A stretch of 64,000 bases of DNA from an uncultured Bacteroidales bacterium (GCA_902788275.1 CADAJV010000005.1:40609-104608), one strand, 5' to 3'. Shown: positions 54,369 through 62,592, counted from the first letter of the stretch. Made by a program: numbers and translations. The notes: a model not told the origin generated them from the letters alone.

Positions 54369-55547
54369 CTACAGCAAATCGATGAGGCGGTCGATGTCTT
54401 CTGAGCGGGTGGCCCACGAGGTGGCGAAGCGTATGGTTACGCGGTCGCCATGTGGTGGTTCCCACTGGTCGTAGGTGAGGTGCTCCTTGAGCCGGGCGGC
54501 CTGCTCAAGGCTTACCTCTACGAACTGCTGGTTGGTGGGGGAGTGGTAGGGCAGCCGGTAGCCCTTGTCTATAAGGGCCTGCCTCAGGCGCATGGCTTCC
54601 ACTATGGCGTGGCGGCAGCCTTGGTAATAGGGGGTGGCGGTCAGGGTGTCGCCTTCCAACAATGTGTCGAACTGGAGGGCTGTAGTCCATCCCTTGGCGA
54701 TCAGGGCACCGTGACGCTTGATATGGGTGAAGAAGCGTGAGTCGGCCGCGGGACGCGGTATGATGGCTGCCTCGCCAAACATTGTGCCGCACTTGGTGCC
54801 TCCGATATAGAAGGCGTCACACAGGCGAGCAATGTCGGGCAGGGTGGGCAATTGAGAATTGATAGTTGATAGTTGATAATTGCCGCTTCGCTCTCGCGGC
54901 TCTTTGAAGTCGGCACCGGCTCCGCCGACAGCCGACGAGCCGCTCGCGATGCCTTCGGCATTGAGAATTGCCCATTGACCATTGACTGACACGCCTGAGG
55001 CTCCGAGGCCGTAGCCGAGGCGTGCGCCGTCGAGGTAGAGGGGTAGGTGGTGCTTGCGGCATACGGCGCTGATGGCCTCCATCTCGGAGAGGGTATAGAG
55101 GGTGCCGTACTCAGTGGGATGGGTGATATACACCATGCCGGGTGGCACGATGTGGGGCCAGTTGGGGTCGGTGTAGTAGGTGGTGACGTAGTTGTCCACC
55201 TGCTCAGCTGTTATCTTGCCTTGGGTGGAGGGCAGGGTGAGCACTTTGTGGCCGGTAAACTCTATGGCTCCCGACTCATGGATGGCTACGTGAGCGCTGT
55301 CGGCACTCAGCACTCCCTCAAAGCTGCGCAGGAGGTAGTTGACCATGACCATGTTGGTCTGTGTGCCGCCGCAGAGAAACTGTACCTCGGCATCGGGGCA
55401 CTGGCAGAGGCGGCGCACTTTCTCGCGTGCCGACTGGCTGATGGGGTCGGTGCCGTAGCCTGGCATCTGGCAATCCTGCATCTGCTGCATACGTTGCAGT
55501 ATGAGCGGATGGCAAATATTCATGTAGTCGCTGTCAAAATGTAGCAT
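54369..55547 (-). CDS. Threonine aldolase / beta-eliminating lyase family PLP enzyme carrying a ~48-aa in-frame repeat-element insertion
   Basis: DSDYMNICHP, GGTQTNM, LYLDGARLGYGL and FYIGGTKCG (PLP Lys) motifs. The residues GVSVNGQWAILNAEG...SGNYQLSTINSQ are encoded by repeat DNA. Confidence 0.8.
   Translation of the reverse strand: MLHFDSDYMNICHPLILQRMQQMQDCQMPGYGTDPISQSAREKVRRLCQCPDAEVQFLCGGTQTNMVMVNYLLRSFEGVLSADSAHVAIHESGAIEFTGHKVLTLPSTQGKITAEQVDNYVTTYYTDPNWPHIVPPGMVYITHPTEYGTLYTLSEMEAISAVCRKHHLPLYLDGARLGYGLGASGVSVNGQWAILNAEGIASGSSAVGGAGADFKEPRERSGNYQLSTINSQLPTLPDIARLCDAFYIGGTKCGTMFGEAAIIPRPAADSRFFTHIKRHGALIAKGWTTALQFDTLLEGDTLTATPYYQGCRHAIVEAMRLRQALIDKGYRLPYHSPTNQQFVEVSLEQAARLKEHLTYDQWEPPHGDRVTIRFATSWATRSEDIDRLIDLL
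54849..54990 (+). repeat. Core element copy C with TTGATAG and CATTGAC flanking arrays, located inside the aldolase CDS (antisense to it)
   Basis: 54881-54962 matches copies A and B at both ends. ATTGAGAATTG occurs as a direct repeat at 54851-54861 and 54960-54970. Confidence 0.85.
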
Positions 55548-55554
55548 GGTAAAA

Positions 55555-55725
55555 GGTTATTGGTTGTAAATGAAAGGTTATAGGTTATAGGTTATTGGTT
55601 ATAGATATTTTAGTCGGGTGAGTCTTCATATGAATGGTTATAGGTTATTGGTTATAGGTTATAGAGGGAGATAGTCATGAGTAACGGCTTAACTACTTAA
55701 CTACTTAACTTCTTAACTTCCAGAG
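55555..55725. repeat. GGTTATWG arrays (two blocks), AGAGGGAGATAGTCATGAGTAACGGC junction, TTAACTWC array
   Basis: Direct reading. It is the reverse complement of modules at 13691-13814 and 51989-52032. Confidence 0.9.
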
Positions 55726-55741
55726 CTCAAATCTCATTGGT

Positions 55742-56518
55742 TTACCTCAGTGCATTGGCTTTTATTCTTTTTATGAAGGCGTTGAGGCGGTCAGCGTCTT
55801 TGTGGTCAATGATGTCGATGAGGCTTTTTAGTTCCTCGCGTATCTTGCTCACCTGGGGCAGGGTGTGGGGATTGAAGAGTATCTCACGCAGCAGGGTCTC
55901 GTCTTCGTTGAGCACTCCCTTGGCTATGGCCATGTGGCGCTTGAAGGTGGTGCCGGGTGCATCCTGCGGCTTCATGACGGCTGCAAAGACGAAGGTGCTG
56001 ACAAAGGGTATGCTGAGTGAGTAAGCCACTATCTCGTCGTGCTCCTCAAAGGTGTACTCACAGATGTGGAGGCCGAGCTTTTGGTAGAGGTCTTTAAAGA
56101 ATATGCGCCCCATATAGTCGCCGTCAGAGATAATGATGGCGTTCTCATTGCTCAGCGCACCGAGGTTGGCAAAGGTGGGGCCGAACATGGGGTGGGTGCT
56201 GACGTAGGGGTGGCCGCACTGCTGATAGTAGGGGAAGAAGTCTGTCTTTACGGAGGCTATGTCGCTCAGTATGCAGTGGCTGGGCAGGTGGGGCTCCACC
56301 TGACGGAAGACGTCAAGGGTATGCTTGAGCGTAACGGCGTTTATGACGAGATCGGGCTGGAAGGCGTCTATCTCATCGAGTGAGGTGAAGCGCTGGGTGT
56401 TGTACATAAAGCGCAGCCTTTTGGCGTCGATGTCGAAGACTGCTGTCTCATGCTCAAAGCTGAGCAGGTCAACAAAGAATGAGCCCATCTTGCCGGCTCC
56501 AAGAATAAGGATTTTCAT
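55742..56518 (-). CDS. tyrA: Prephenate dehydrogenase
   Basis: MKILILGAGKMGSFF Rossmann start, HPMFGP motif, aromatic amino-acid operon context. Confidence 0.85.
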   Translation of the reverse strand: MKILILGAGKMGSFFVDLLSFEHETAVFDIDAKRLRFMYNTQRFTSLDEIDAFQPDLVINAVTLKHTLDVFRQVEPHLPSHCILSDIASVKTDFFPYYQQCGHPYVSTHPMFGPTFANLGALSNENAIIISDGDYMGRIFFKDLYQKLGLHICEYTFEEHDEIVAYSLSIPFVSTFVFAAVMKPQDAPGTTFKRHMAIAKGVLNEDETLLREILFNPHTLPQVSKIREELKSLIDIIDHKDADRLNAFIKRIKANALR

Positions 56519-56538
56519 GAAAGGATGTTAAGGGAAAA

Positions 56539-56584
56539 GGTCGGACAGGTCAGACAAGTCGGACAGGTCAGACGTGTCGGACAT
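56539..56584. repeat. 5x GTCRGACAR nonamer array
   Basis: ggtcggacaggtcagacaagtcggacaggtcagacgtgtcggacat. Ends at the stop codon of the DAHP synthase gene. Confidence 0.9.
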
Positions 56585-56585
56585 A

Positions 56586-57650
56586 TTATTTGTTTATTAT
56601 CTCCATCTGCTGACGTACACTCTCTTCGTGGATGTGCTCAAAGATATTCTTTACACACTCGGGGGCTATGCCGAGCAGCGAGCCCTGGGCACCGCGCTTG
56701 TCGAGGATCTCGGTGTAGCGCTTGGGCTGCACGATGGTCATACCTTTTTCTTTCTTATACTCGCCTATCTGGCGCGAGATGCGCATACGCTTGGCCAGAA
56801 GGTCGATGAGGTCGTTGTCCACTTCGTCGATATTCTTACGCAGGGAGGCAAGTGAGTCGGAGAGTTCTACCTTTTCGCGGATGACGAGCATGGAGAGGAT
56901 ATAGTCGAGTATGTCGGGTGTAACCTGCTGGGAAGCATCGCTCCAGGCATCATCGGGCGAGCAGTGGCTCTCTACGAGCAGTCCGTCGAAGCCGAGGTCC
57001 ATGGCCTGCTGGCAGAGCGGGGCTATGAGGTCGCGGCGTCCGCCTATGTGGCTGGGGTCGCAGAAGATGGGCAAGTGGGGCAGACGGCGGTGAAGCTCGA
57101 TGGGTATCTGCCACATGGGAGCGTTGCGGTAGAGCTTTTTTTCATAGCTGGAGAAACCGCGGTGGATGGCAGCGAGGCGCTGTATGCCTGCACCGTTGAT
57201 ACGCTCGAGGGCTCCTATCCATAGTTCAAGGTCAGGGTTGACAGGGTTTTTGACCAGCACAGGATTGGGTATGCCGCGCATGGCATCGGCCAGCAACTGC
57301 ATGGCGAAGGGGTTGGCGCTGGTGCGGGCACCTATCCAGAGTATATCAACATCGTATTTGAGGGCAAGTTCCACATGCTCGGGTGTGGCTACCTCGGTGG
57401 CAACGAGCATGCCGGTTTCTTCTTTTACGCGCTTGAGCCATGGCAGGGCTTTCTCGCCGTTGCCTTCAAAGCCGCCGGGCTTGGTGCGCGGTTTCCATAC
57501 TCCGGCTCGGAACATGTGGCAGCCCTTGCCGGCAAGCTGCATGGCGGTGGTAAGTGTCTGCTCCTCAGTCTCAGCGGAGCAGGGACCTGCAATTACGAAC
57601 GGACGAATATTGTCGCTGGGCAGGTTGAGGGGTTGTAATGTGAGTTCCAT
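56586..57650 (-). CDS. Bifunctional 3-deoxy-7-phosphoheptulonate synthase / chorismate mutase type II
   Basis: N-terminal KDO8P/DAHP synthase I-beta fold (FVIAGPCSAE, FCDPSHIGGRRD) and a C-terminal CM_2 helix bundle (LRKNIDEVDNDLIDLLAKRMRISRQIGEYK). Confidence 0.9.
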   Translation of the reverse strand: MELTLQPLNLPSDNIRPFVIAGPCSAETEEQTLTTAMQLAGKGCHMFRAGVWKPRTKPGGFEGNGEKALPWLKRVKEETGMLVATEVATPEHVELALKYDVDILWIGARTSANPFAMQLLADAMRGIPNPVLVKNPVNPDLELWIGALERINGAGIQRLAAIHRGFSSYEKKLYRNAPMWQIPIELHRRLPHLPIFCDPSHIGGRRDLIAPLCQQAMDLGFDGLLVESHCSPDDAWSDASQQVTPDILDYILSMLVIREKVELSDSLASLRKNIDEVDNDLIDLLAKRMRISRQIGEYKKEKGMTIVQPKRYTEILDKRGAQGSLLGIAPECVKNIFEHIHEESVRQQMEIINK

Positions 57651-57658
57651 ATATGAAT

Positions 57659-57925
57659 ATAGTTGATAGTTGATAGTTGATAATTGATAATTGTTTACGG
57701 TTTACGGATTTGAAATTGAACATTTAGGAGATAGAGGGAGATAGAGGGAGATAGAAGGAGATAGAAGGAGATAGAGGACGTTAGTCTTGACTATTTAGAA
57801 GTTAACTTCTTAACTTCTTAACTACTAAAACGTTTACGGTTTACCGGACTTGGCTAAATCTCAAACCTCAAACTATTCATTTAATTTTTTCAATTTTTTA
57901 ATTTTTTAATTTTTCAATTTTTTGC
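57659..57925. repeat. Concatenated arrays: GTTGATAR, GTTTACG, GGAGATAGAR x5, junction, TTAACTWC, GTTTACG + CCGGACTTGGC, CTCAAAC, TTTTTYAAT
   Basis: Direct reading. The last array (57877-57925) extends into the 3' end of the aminotransferase CDS (QKIEKLKN*). Confidence 0.9.
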
Positions 57926-59088
57926 AGTGCTTCTTGCATTTTTTCCTTCTTGGCGCAGAGCGAGATGCGTATGTAGCGTTGTCCGTTGCTGCCAAAGATA
58001 AAGCCTGGAGTGATGAAGACGTGGGCTTCGTTGAGCACACGCTCAGTCAGCTCCTCACAGTCCTTATAGTGGTCGGGTATGCGTCCCCAGAGGAACATGC
58101 CTGCCTGATTGGGATTGAATGTGCAGCCGAGGGTGCGCATAATCTGCTCGGCTATATTGCGGCGCTCTTGGTAGAGGGTTATGTTGGCCTGCCGATGCCA
58201 TTCGGCACTGTTGGCGTAGGCCTGAGCAGCGGCCAGCTGCAGGGGGCGGAAGGTGCCGGAGTCGATATTGGACTTCACTTTGAGAATCCACTGCACGAAC
58301 TGGCTGTTGGTGGCCAGCATTCCCACTCGCCAGCCGGGCATGTTGTGGCTCTTGCTCATCGAGTTGAACTCAATGCAGCAGTCCTTGGCACCGTCCACCT
58401 GCAAGAGGCTGAGTGGACAGTCATTGAGTATGAAGGAGTAAGGATTGTCGTTGACAACGACTATATTGTGGTCTTGTGCAAAGCGTACGAGCCGTTCGTA
58501 AGTCCGCATTTGGGCCTTGGCTCCGGTAGGCATGTTGGGATAGTTGGTCCACATCAGCTTGACACCGCTGAGGTCCATCTGCTCCAGTTGGTCGAAGTCG
58601 GGCTGGTAGTCGTCGGCCTCGCGTAAGTCGTAGTTGACTACCTGGCAACCCAGCAGGCGGGTGAGCGAGGTGTAGGTGGGGTAGCCGGGGTTGGGTACCA
58701 GCACCTTGTCGCCCACGTTGGCCAAGGCCAGGGTGACATGCAGGATGCCTTCCTTGGAGCCTATGAGGGGCTGAATTTCGGTCTTGGGGTCGAGGGTAAC
58801 TCCATACCACCGTTTATACCATGCGGCCATGGCCTCCCTGAGTTCGGCAATACCTACCGTGGGCTGATAGCCGTGAGCGTCGGCGCGCTGTGCTTCGCGG
58901 CAGAGAGTCTGGATTGTCTCCGGTGATGGTGGCATGTCGGGGCTGCCAATGGCCAGACTGATGATATTCTCGCCCTCGGCATTGCGTCGGGCAACCTCCT
59001 TGAGCTTGCGGCTGAAGTAGTATTCGCTGACCAGGTTGAGGCGGTCGGCGGGTATGAACTCAAATGTTTTATTATTTGTAGGCTTCAT
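57898..59088 (-). CDS. Class I/II PLP-dependent aminotransferase (aromatic/prephenate aminotransferase candidate)
   Basis: NPGYPTY, WTNYPNMPTG and SMSKSHNMPGWRVG (PLP Lys) motifs. Overlaps the pheA stop by 17 nt. Confidence 0.85.
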   Translation of the reverse strand: MKPTNNKTFEFIPADRLNLVSEYYFSRKLKEVARRNAEGENIISLAIGSPDMPPSPETIQTLCREAQRADAHGYQPTVGIAELREAMAAWYKRWYGVTLDPKTEIQPLIGSKEGILHVTLALANVGDKVLVPNPGYPTYTSLTRLLGCQVVNYDLREADDYQPDFDQLEQMDLSGVKLMWTNYPNMPTGAKAQMRTYERLVRFAQDHNIVVVNDNPYSFILNDCPLSLLQVDGAKDCCIEFNSMSKSHNMPGWRVGMLATNSQFVQWILKVKSNIDSGTFRPLQLAAAQAYANSAEWHRQANITLYQERRNIAEQIMRTLGCTFNPNQAGMFLWGRIPDHYKDCEELTERVLNEAHVFITPGFIFGSNGQRYIRISLCAKKEKMQEALQKIEKLKN

Positions 59089-59905
59089 ATTCTCCGAGGA
59101 TTTTGATTTGTTTGATTAATGGACGTATGGCGTTGATGCTCTGCTGATAGCGGCTGTAGTTGTCGTAGGTGAGGTCAACGTAGAAAAGGTATTCCCATTC
59201 GTGTCCTATGATGGGCAGCGACTGGATCTTGGTCAGGTTGATATGGTAGAACGAGAAGATGCTCAGCACTTGGCTCAGGCTGCCGCTCTCATGGGGTACG
59301 GAGAATACCAGACTGCTCTTGTTGGAGTGGTATTTGTCTCTAAGGTTGTCGGCTACGTAGGGGTCTGCCAGTACCAGGAAACGGGTGAAGTTGTGTTTGT
59401 TATCCTCAATGGCTTCCTCCAGCACCTTCATGCCGTAGATGGGGGCGGCGTGCTTTGAGCAGATGGCGGCGTGGCCCTTGAGCTGCTGGCGACTGATGTC
59501 GGCGGCGGCACCGGCGGTGTCGTCAGTCTCCACAACCTTCCAGTTCGGATGCTTTTGCAGGAAAGAACGGCACTGCATCAGTGCCACGGGGTGGGAGTTG
59601 ACCTCAGTGATGTCGGCAATGGTCTCGCCCGGCAGGGTTAGCAAGCTGTGTTCTATGTGCAGTTTGTGCTCACCCACAATGGTCATGTTGCTGTCGCGCA
59701 GTAGCTCATAGTTATGCAGCAGACTGCCGGCAATGGTGTTCTCTATGGCCACCACGGCCAGCATCTCCGGGTCTTTCCTTGCAGCTTCAAAAACCTGTTC
59801 AAAGGTATCGCAGCAGGTTAGGCTTATCTCTTCATCTTTAAAATAAAGGTGGGAGGCAATATCATGGAATGACCCTTCGATTCCTTGTATGGCGATATTC
59901 TTCAT
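59072..59905 (-). CDS. pheA: Prephenate dehydratase
   Basis: PDT domain (IENTIAGS) and a C-terminal ACT domain (GSLSQVLSIF, ESRP-like region). Confidence 0.9.
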   Translation of the reverse strand: MKNIAIQGIEGSFHDIASHLYFKDEEISLTCCDTFEQVFEAARKDPEMLAVVAIENTIAGSLLHNYELLRDSNMTIVGEHKLHIEHSLLTLPGETIADITEVNSHPVALMQCRSFLQKHPNWKVVETDDTAGAAADISRQQLKGHAAICSKHAAPIYGMKVLEEAIEDNKHNFTRFLVLADPYVADNLRDKYHSNKSSLVFSVPHESGSLSQVLSIFSFYHINLTKIQSLPIIGHEWEYLFYVDLTYDNYSRYQQSINAIRPLIKQIKILGEYEAYK

Positions 59906-59972
59906 GATTTTATCTGAAATTTAAGGTTTGATGTTTGAGCGTAACGGCTTCGCCGTGGTAGTTAAGCTGGAA

Positions 59973-60049
59973 GACCCCTATAACTCCCCTAAGGGAGGAC
60001 ACTGGCGTCGGGGATTAATTTTCCCCTTTAGGGGGATAAGAGGGGGCTC
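59973..60049. repeat. Triple-hairpin element, copy 3 (core degenerated to CTGGCGTCGG)
   Basis: gacccctataactcccctaagggaggacactggcgtcggggattaattttcccctttagggggataagagggggctc. Confidence 0.7.
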
Positions 60050-60061
60050 GTTATCTTAAAC

Positions 60062-60098
60062 CAAAAGTCCTGCTTCCTTATGTGAAGCAGGACTTTTG
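60062..60098 (-). terminator. Candidate attenuator terminator in the pheA leader
   Basis: CAAAAGTCCTGCTTC-loop-GAAGCAGGACTTTTG, a 15-bp perfect stem, followed on the minus strand by GTTT. The 5' arm CTGCTTC can alternatively pair with GAAGCAG at 60140-60146. Confidence 0.6.
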
Positions 60099-60144
60099 TT
60101 GTCTTTCTATTGTGTGTGTTAGGTTACTGCACAGCCTTACTGCT

Positions 60145-60207
60145 TCACTTCTTTGAGGAGGTAAAGTAATAAAAGTAAAAGCCGAAAAACTGTGACTGAG
60201 GATTCAT
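60145..60207 (-). CDS. Phe/Tyr-rich leader peptide MNPQSQFFGFYFYYFTSSKK
   Basis: Translated by hand codon by codon. 8 of 9 consecutive residues are Phe or Tyr. It lies between a -7 box and a terminator hairpin upstream of pheA. Confidence 0.6.
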   Translation of the reverse strand: MNPQSQFFGFYFYYFTSSKK

Positions 60208-60240
60208 ATTGATTTAATCTCGGATGTTTTGATTCGGCTG

Positions 60241-60248
60241 CAAAGTTA
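60241..60248 (-). promoter_or_regulatory. Candidate -7 box TAACTTTG for the pheA leader transcript
   Basis: The reverse complement of caaagtta matches TAnnTTTG, 34 nt upstream of the leader ATG at 60207. Confidence 0.5.
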
Positions 60249-60352
60249 AACAAATGTTCGTAAACGCAAGCCTTTTTCTGAAAAAAATCATACTTATGCC
60301 TCAAAAAAAATAATTCGTTGCCCCAAGTTTGCCAGTTATGCTCCAAAATATG

Positions 60353-60360
60353 TACATTTG
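60353..60360 (+). promoter_or_regulatory. Candidate -7 box TACATTTG for the CDP-alcohol phosphatidyltransferase gene
   Basis: Exact TAnnTTTG 132 nt before the ATG at 60492. Confidence 0.45.
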
Positions 60361-60388
60361 CACCCCAATATCAACAGATCTGAAATTT

Positions 60389-60424
60389 GTTTACGGTTTC
60401 AGTTTACGATTTACCGGACTAGGC
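60389..60424. repeat. GTTTACG array + degenerate half-site CCGGACTAGGC
   Basis: gtttacggtttcagtttacgatttaccggactaggc. Confidence 0.85.
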
Positions 60425-60491
60425 AGATTAGAAACAATAATTGTGAAATCGTTAAATATTGAGGCTTTCGAACTCTCGAACTTTTAAAATC

Positions 60492-61394
60492 ATGCCATCA
60501 CTCAAACAGCAGGTAATAGCCACCATGAAGTCGCGCGACACCGAGGGGCCCTTTGAGCTCTATGTAACGCGTACCCCCGGCTATCTGTGGGCCCTGCTGT
60601 TTCGCAGGCTCAGGGTGCACCCCATAGTGGTGACGGTCGTCTCCATGCTCATAGGTTGCGCCAGCGGCTACTTCTTCTACCTGCCTGAGCTGAAGTATAA
60701 CTTGGTAGGCATGCTGCTGCTCATCTGGGCCAACTGGTACGACTGTGCCGATGGCCAGCTGGCTCGCATGACAGGCAAGACCAGCCAGATAGGCCGGGTG
60801 CTCGACGGATTTGCAGGCGACCTCTGGTTCTTCTGTATCTATTCAGGCATAGCCGAACGTCTGCGTCCCGAGTGGGGATTGTGGAGCTGGCTGCTGGTGG
60901 TAGTGGCAGGAGTGTTTTTCCATGCCCGCCAATGTTCGCTGGCCGACTATTATCGCAATGCCCACCTCTACTTCATTGGCGCGGCAAACGAGCTGGAGCG
61001 TTCAGCTGACATTGAGGCCGAGTACCGCTCACTGCGATGGATTTCCAAGGACTGGTTTCACAAGCTCTACCTGATGTGCTACGCCAGCTACACCCGCGGA
61101 CAGGAAAACCCAACCCCGCAGTTTCAGAAACTATATAATAATGTTCGCGAGCGATACGGCCACAGCCTGCCATCCGAGCTGCGCACCCAATACCGCACTC
61201 TCAGCCTGCCGCTCATGCCGCTTTGCCAGATACTGACATTCGATGCCCGCGTAGGCGTACTCTTCCTCTCTATGGTGGTGGGTCTGCCGTGGTTATATCC
61301 CGTCCTTGAAATCACCGCCTTCGAGGCCCTGCGCATCTACGTCAACCGCCGCCACGAGAAAGGATGCAAGACAATCTTAGGATTGAAGGATTGA
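60492..61394 (+). CDS. CDP-alcohol phosphatidyltransferase family protein
   Basis: DCADGQLARMTGKTSQIGRVLDGFAGD matches D-x2-DG-x2-AR-x8-G-x3-D-x3-D. Multi-TM protein. Start set at MPSLKQQ. Confidence 0.8.
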   Translation: MPSLKQQVIATMKSRDTEGPFELYVTRTPGYLWALLFRRLRVHPIVVTVVSMLIGCASGYFFYLPELKYNLVGMLLLIWANWYDCADGQLARMTGKTSQIGRVLDGFAGDLWFFCIYSGIAERLRPEWGLWSWLLVVVAGVFFHARQCSLADYYRNAHLYFIGAANELERSADIEAEYRSLRWISKDWFHKLYLMCYASYTRGQENPTPQFQKLYNNVRERYGHSLPSELRTQYRTLSLPLMPLCQILTFDARVGVLFLSMVVGLPWLYPVLEITAFEALRIYVNRRHEKGCKTILGLKD

Positions 61395-61440
61395 AAAATT
61401 GAAAAATTGAAAAATTGAAAAACGGATTGAAAAATTGAAG
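61380..61440. repeat. GGATTGAA/AAATTGAA array; its first units encode the C-terminus (LGLKD*) of the upstream CDS
   Basis: ggattgaaggattgaaaaattgaaaaattgaaaaattgaaaaacggattgaaaaattgaag. Its inverse partner is at 61854-61888. Confidence 0.9.
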
Positions 61441-61451
61441 TTGAGACAGCG

Positions 61452-61808
61452 ATGAAGGATATTGTTATTGCAAATCTAAGCATTGAATTTGCCCTACGCA
61501 TAGTCAATCTATACAAAAACCTTTGCAACGAGAAAGGAGAATTTACGATGTCTAAGCAATTGCTTCGGTGCGGAACAAGTATTGGGGCAAACGTGGCAGA
61601 AAGCGAACATAGTCAAAGTAAAGCAGATTTCATAACAAAACTATATATCTCCCTCAAAGAAGCTAATGAAACAAAATATTGGCTCACACTTCTATCGAGA
61701 GCCCAGTATCTAACGGATACAGAATATGAGTCGCTGATGAAGGACTTGCGAATTATTATAGGTACATTAGTAAACACCATTAAGAAAACAAAAGAAAACC
61801 TGACTTGA
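61452..61808 (+). CDS. Four helix bundle protein (23S rRNA IVS protein / Avd-like family), copy 3 (divergent subfamily)
   Basis: SKQLLRCGTSIGANVAESEHSQSKADFITKLYISLKEANETKYWL is typical of TIGR02436. AT-rich. Confidence 0.85.
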   Translation: MKDIVIANLSIEFALRIVNLYKNLCNEKGEFTMSKQLLRCGTSIGANVAESEHSQSKADFITKLYISLKEANETKYWLTLLSRAQYLTDTEYESLMKDLRIIIGTLVNTIKKTKENLT

Positions 61809-61853
61809 CAAGGACTGAAGAACACAAGGAGTGAATAGATTGCCCATTTTAAC

Positions 61854-61888
61854 TCTTCAATTCTTCAATTTTTCAATTTTTCAATTTT
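61854..61888. repeat. TTCAATTY array, inverse of 61380-61440
   Basis: ctcttcaattcttcaatttttcaatttttcaatttt. Ends 4 nt before the next ATG. Confidence 0.9.
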
Positions 61889-61892
61889 AATC

Positions 61893-62591
61893 ATGCGAAA
61901 CATAGCACTCATTTTAGCCGGTGGCAGGGGCACACGCTTCAACTCCATGCGCCCCAAGCAGTACATAGAAGTGGACGGCAAGCCCGTCCTCTCCTACACC
62001 ATGCAGGCCTTTCAGCAGCACCCGCATGTAACTGACATCTACGTGGTATGCTCGCCCGAGTGGAACAGCTATGTCGAGGCCCAGGCCGGCCACAACAGGT
62101 TCACCAAGTTTCGCGCCTGCATATCCTCTGGCAACACCTCCTACCGCTCCATGTATAACGGCATAAAGGCCCTCACCACTATGGGAGTGGAGCCCGATAG
62201 TGTCATCATGGTGCACGATGCCGTGAGGCCCTTGGTCTCCGCCGACACCATCAGCAACAATATATCAGTGTGCCGTGAGTATGGCAACGCCATCACCGTC
62301 ATATACAGCAACGAGTCCTATATGCGCGTTGACGGCTCCATAGAAGCCGCCGGCTTTGCCATGCGTGAGGAGTACATGCGCGCACAAACACCCCACACCT
62401 TTCTGCTGGAGACACTCAGTGCACTCATCGACAAGGCCGACGGGCAGGGCATCGACTGCTCGCAGTCACTCTTCACCCTGGCCAATGAACTAGACTACAA
62501 GCCCCTCTACCTCGCCCAGGGCAACATGGAGAATTTCAAGATTACCCAGCCCCAGGATCTCAAATTTTTCCGGGCGCTGAAAAACCTGTAA
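61893..62591 (+). CDS. IspD/TarI-family cytidylyltransferase
   Basis: LILAGGRGTRF...PKQY N-terminal motif and the usual length. The substrate cannot be assigned from sequence alone. Confidence 0.7.
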   Translation: MRNIALILAGGRGTRFNSMRPKQYIEVDGKPVLSYTMQAFQQHPHVTDIYVVCSPEWNSYVEAQAGHNRFTKFRACISSGNTSYRSMYNGIKALTTMGVEPDSVIMVHDAVRPLVSADTISNNISVCREYGNAITVIYSNESYMRVDGSIEAAGFAMREEYMRAQTPHTFLLETLSALIDKADGQGIDCSQSLFTLANELDYKPLYLAQGNMENFKITQPQDLKFFRALKNL

Positions 62592-62592
62592 G

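Noticed and set aside
54849-54990. Intein or group I/II intron inside the threonine aldolase gene
   Set aside because: The insert is only about 48 codons. It lacks intein splice-junction residues and blocks and has no intron core structure. It is clearly the same repeat element found in intergenic DNA.
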